A stretch of DNA of 63,023 nt, counting the filler, from Octopus bimaculoides (Eukaryota): the NCBI RefSeq assembly GCF_001194135.2. It is 7 parts of 7 records of this genome, joined end to end, with 100 filler letters (N's around TTAATTAATTAA, not from the genome) between each part and the next. Parts side by side here need not be neighbours in the genome. Positions count along the whole stretch, not along the records: positions 58,282 to 63,023 come from NC_068999.1; 6 more parts are not named here. One strand, 5' to 3'. The notes under the pieces were generated by a model. It was not told the DNA's origin, ran no database searches, and was given only the letters and a program-made list of their open reading frames with translations. The translations under genes were made by a program, and so were the position numbers. Below are positions 62,821 through 63,023 of the stretch, one piece after another (within the stretch, counting starts at the first letter, position 1; every line of letters starts with the position of its first letter).

Positions 62821-63023
62821 CCCACGCATATACACGTACATACACCCAGACACGCACACACACACCTATAGTTAAACGTCTACATGCATATATAGCAGTG
62901 GTTTGGCAAGAGCCACATAAGCTCAGAATAAATAATACAGAGTGGTGACTCAAACGGATGTGAACTCAAATTCCGACTTCTCTGAGAGTAAGCCGAGGTA
63001 TGAGCATACACACATACATATTA

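Overview
Repeat-saturated animal genomic DNA from a gapped draft scaffold. The SINE/LINE repertoire and the TTAATTAATTAA spacers inside N-runs suggest an Octopus-like cephalopod assembly (inference). Host genes: (1) six phase-consistent minus-strand exons (18344-24379, ~373 aa) of a highly divergent dynein heavy chain (DNHD1-like; end of AAA1 through AAA2) that has lost both catalytic arginines serving the AAA1 site; (2) the first coding exon (50484-50772, +) of a secreted CBM14/peritrophin-A chitin-binding protein with a TATA+Inr core promoter; (3) a decayed tRNA-His(GTG). The remainder is decayed mobile DNA: mariner/Tc1 transposons, a Ty3/Gypsy pol fragment, a deleted LTR element, a head-to-tail stack of R4/Dong-like REL LINEs in trinucleotide microsatellites, a Tx1/L1-like LINE, many RTE LINEs and three SINE families. 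The most unusual signals are non-coding: three unrelated small-element families carrying minimal type I hammerhead ribozymes. Two are fold-backs with outward-pointing ribozymes, and one of these has a tRNA-like Pol III head at its centre. Transposon and SINE boundaries are approximate (tens of bp); exon and ribozyme coordinates were read base by base.
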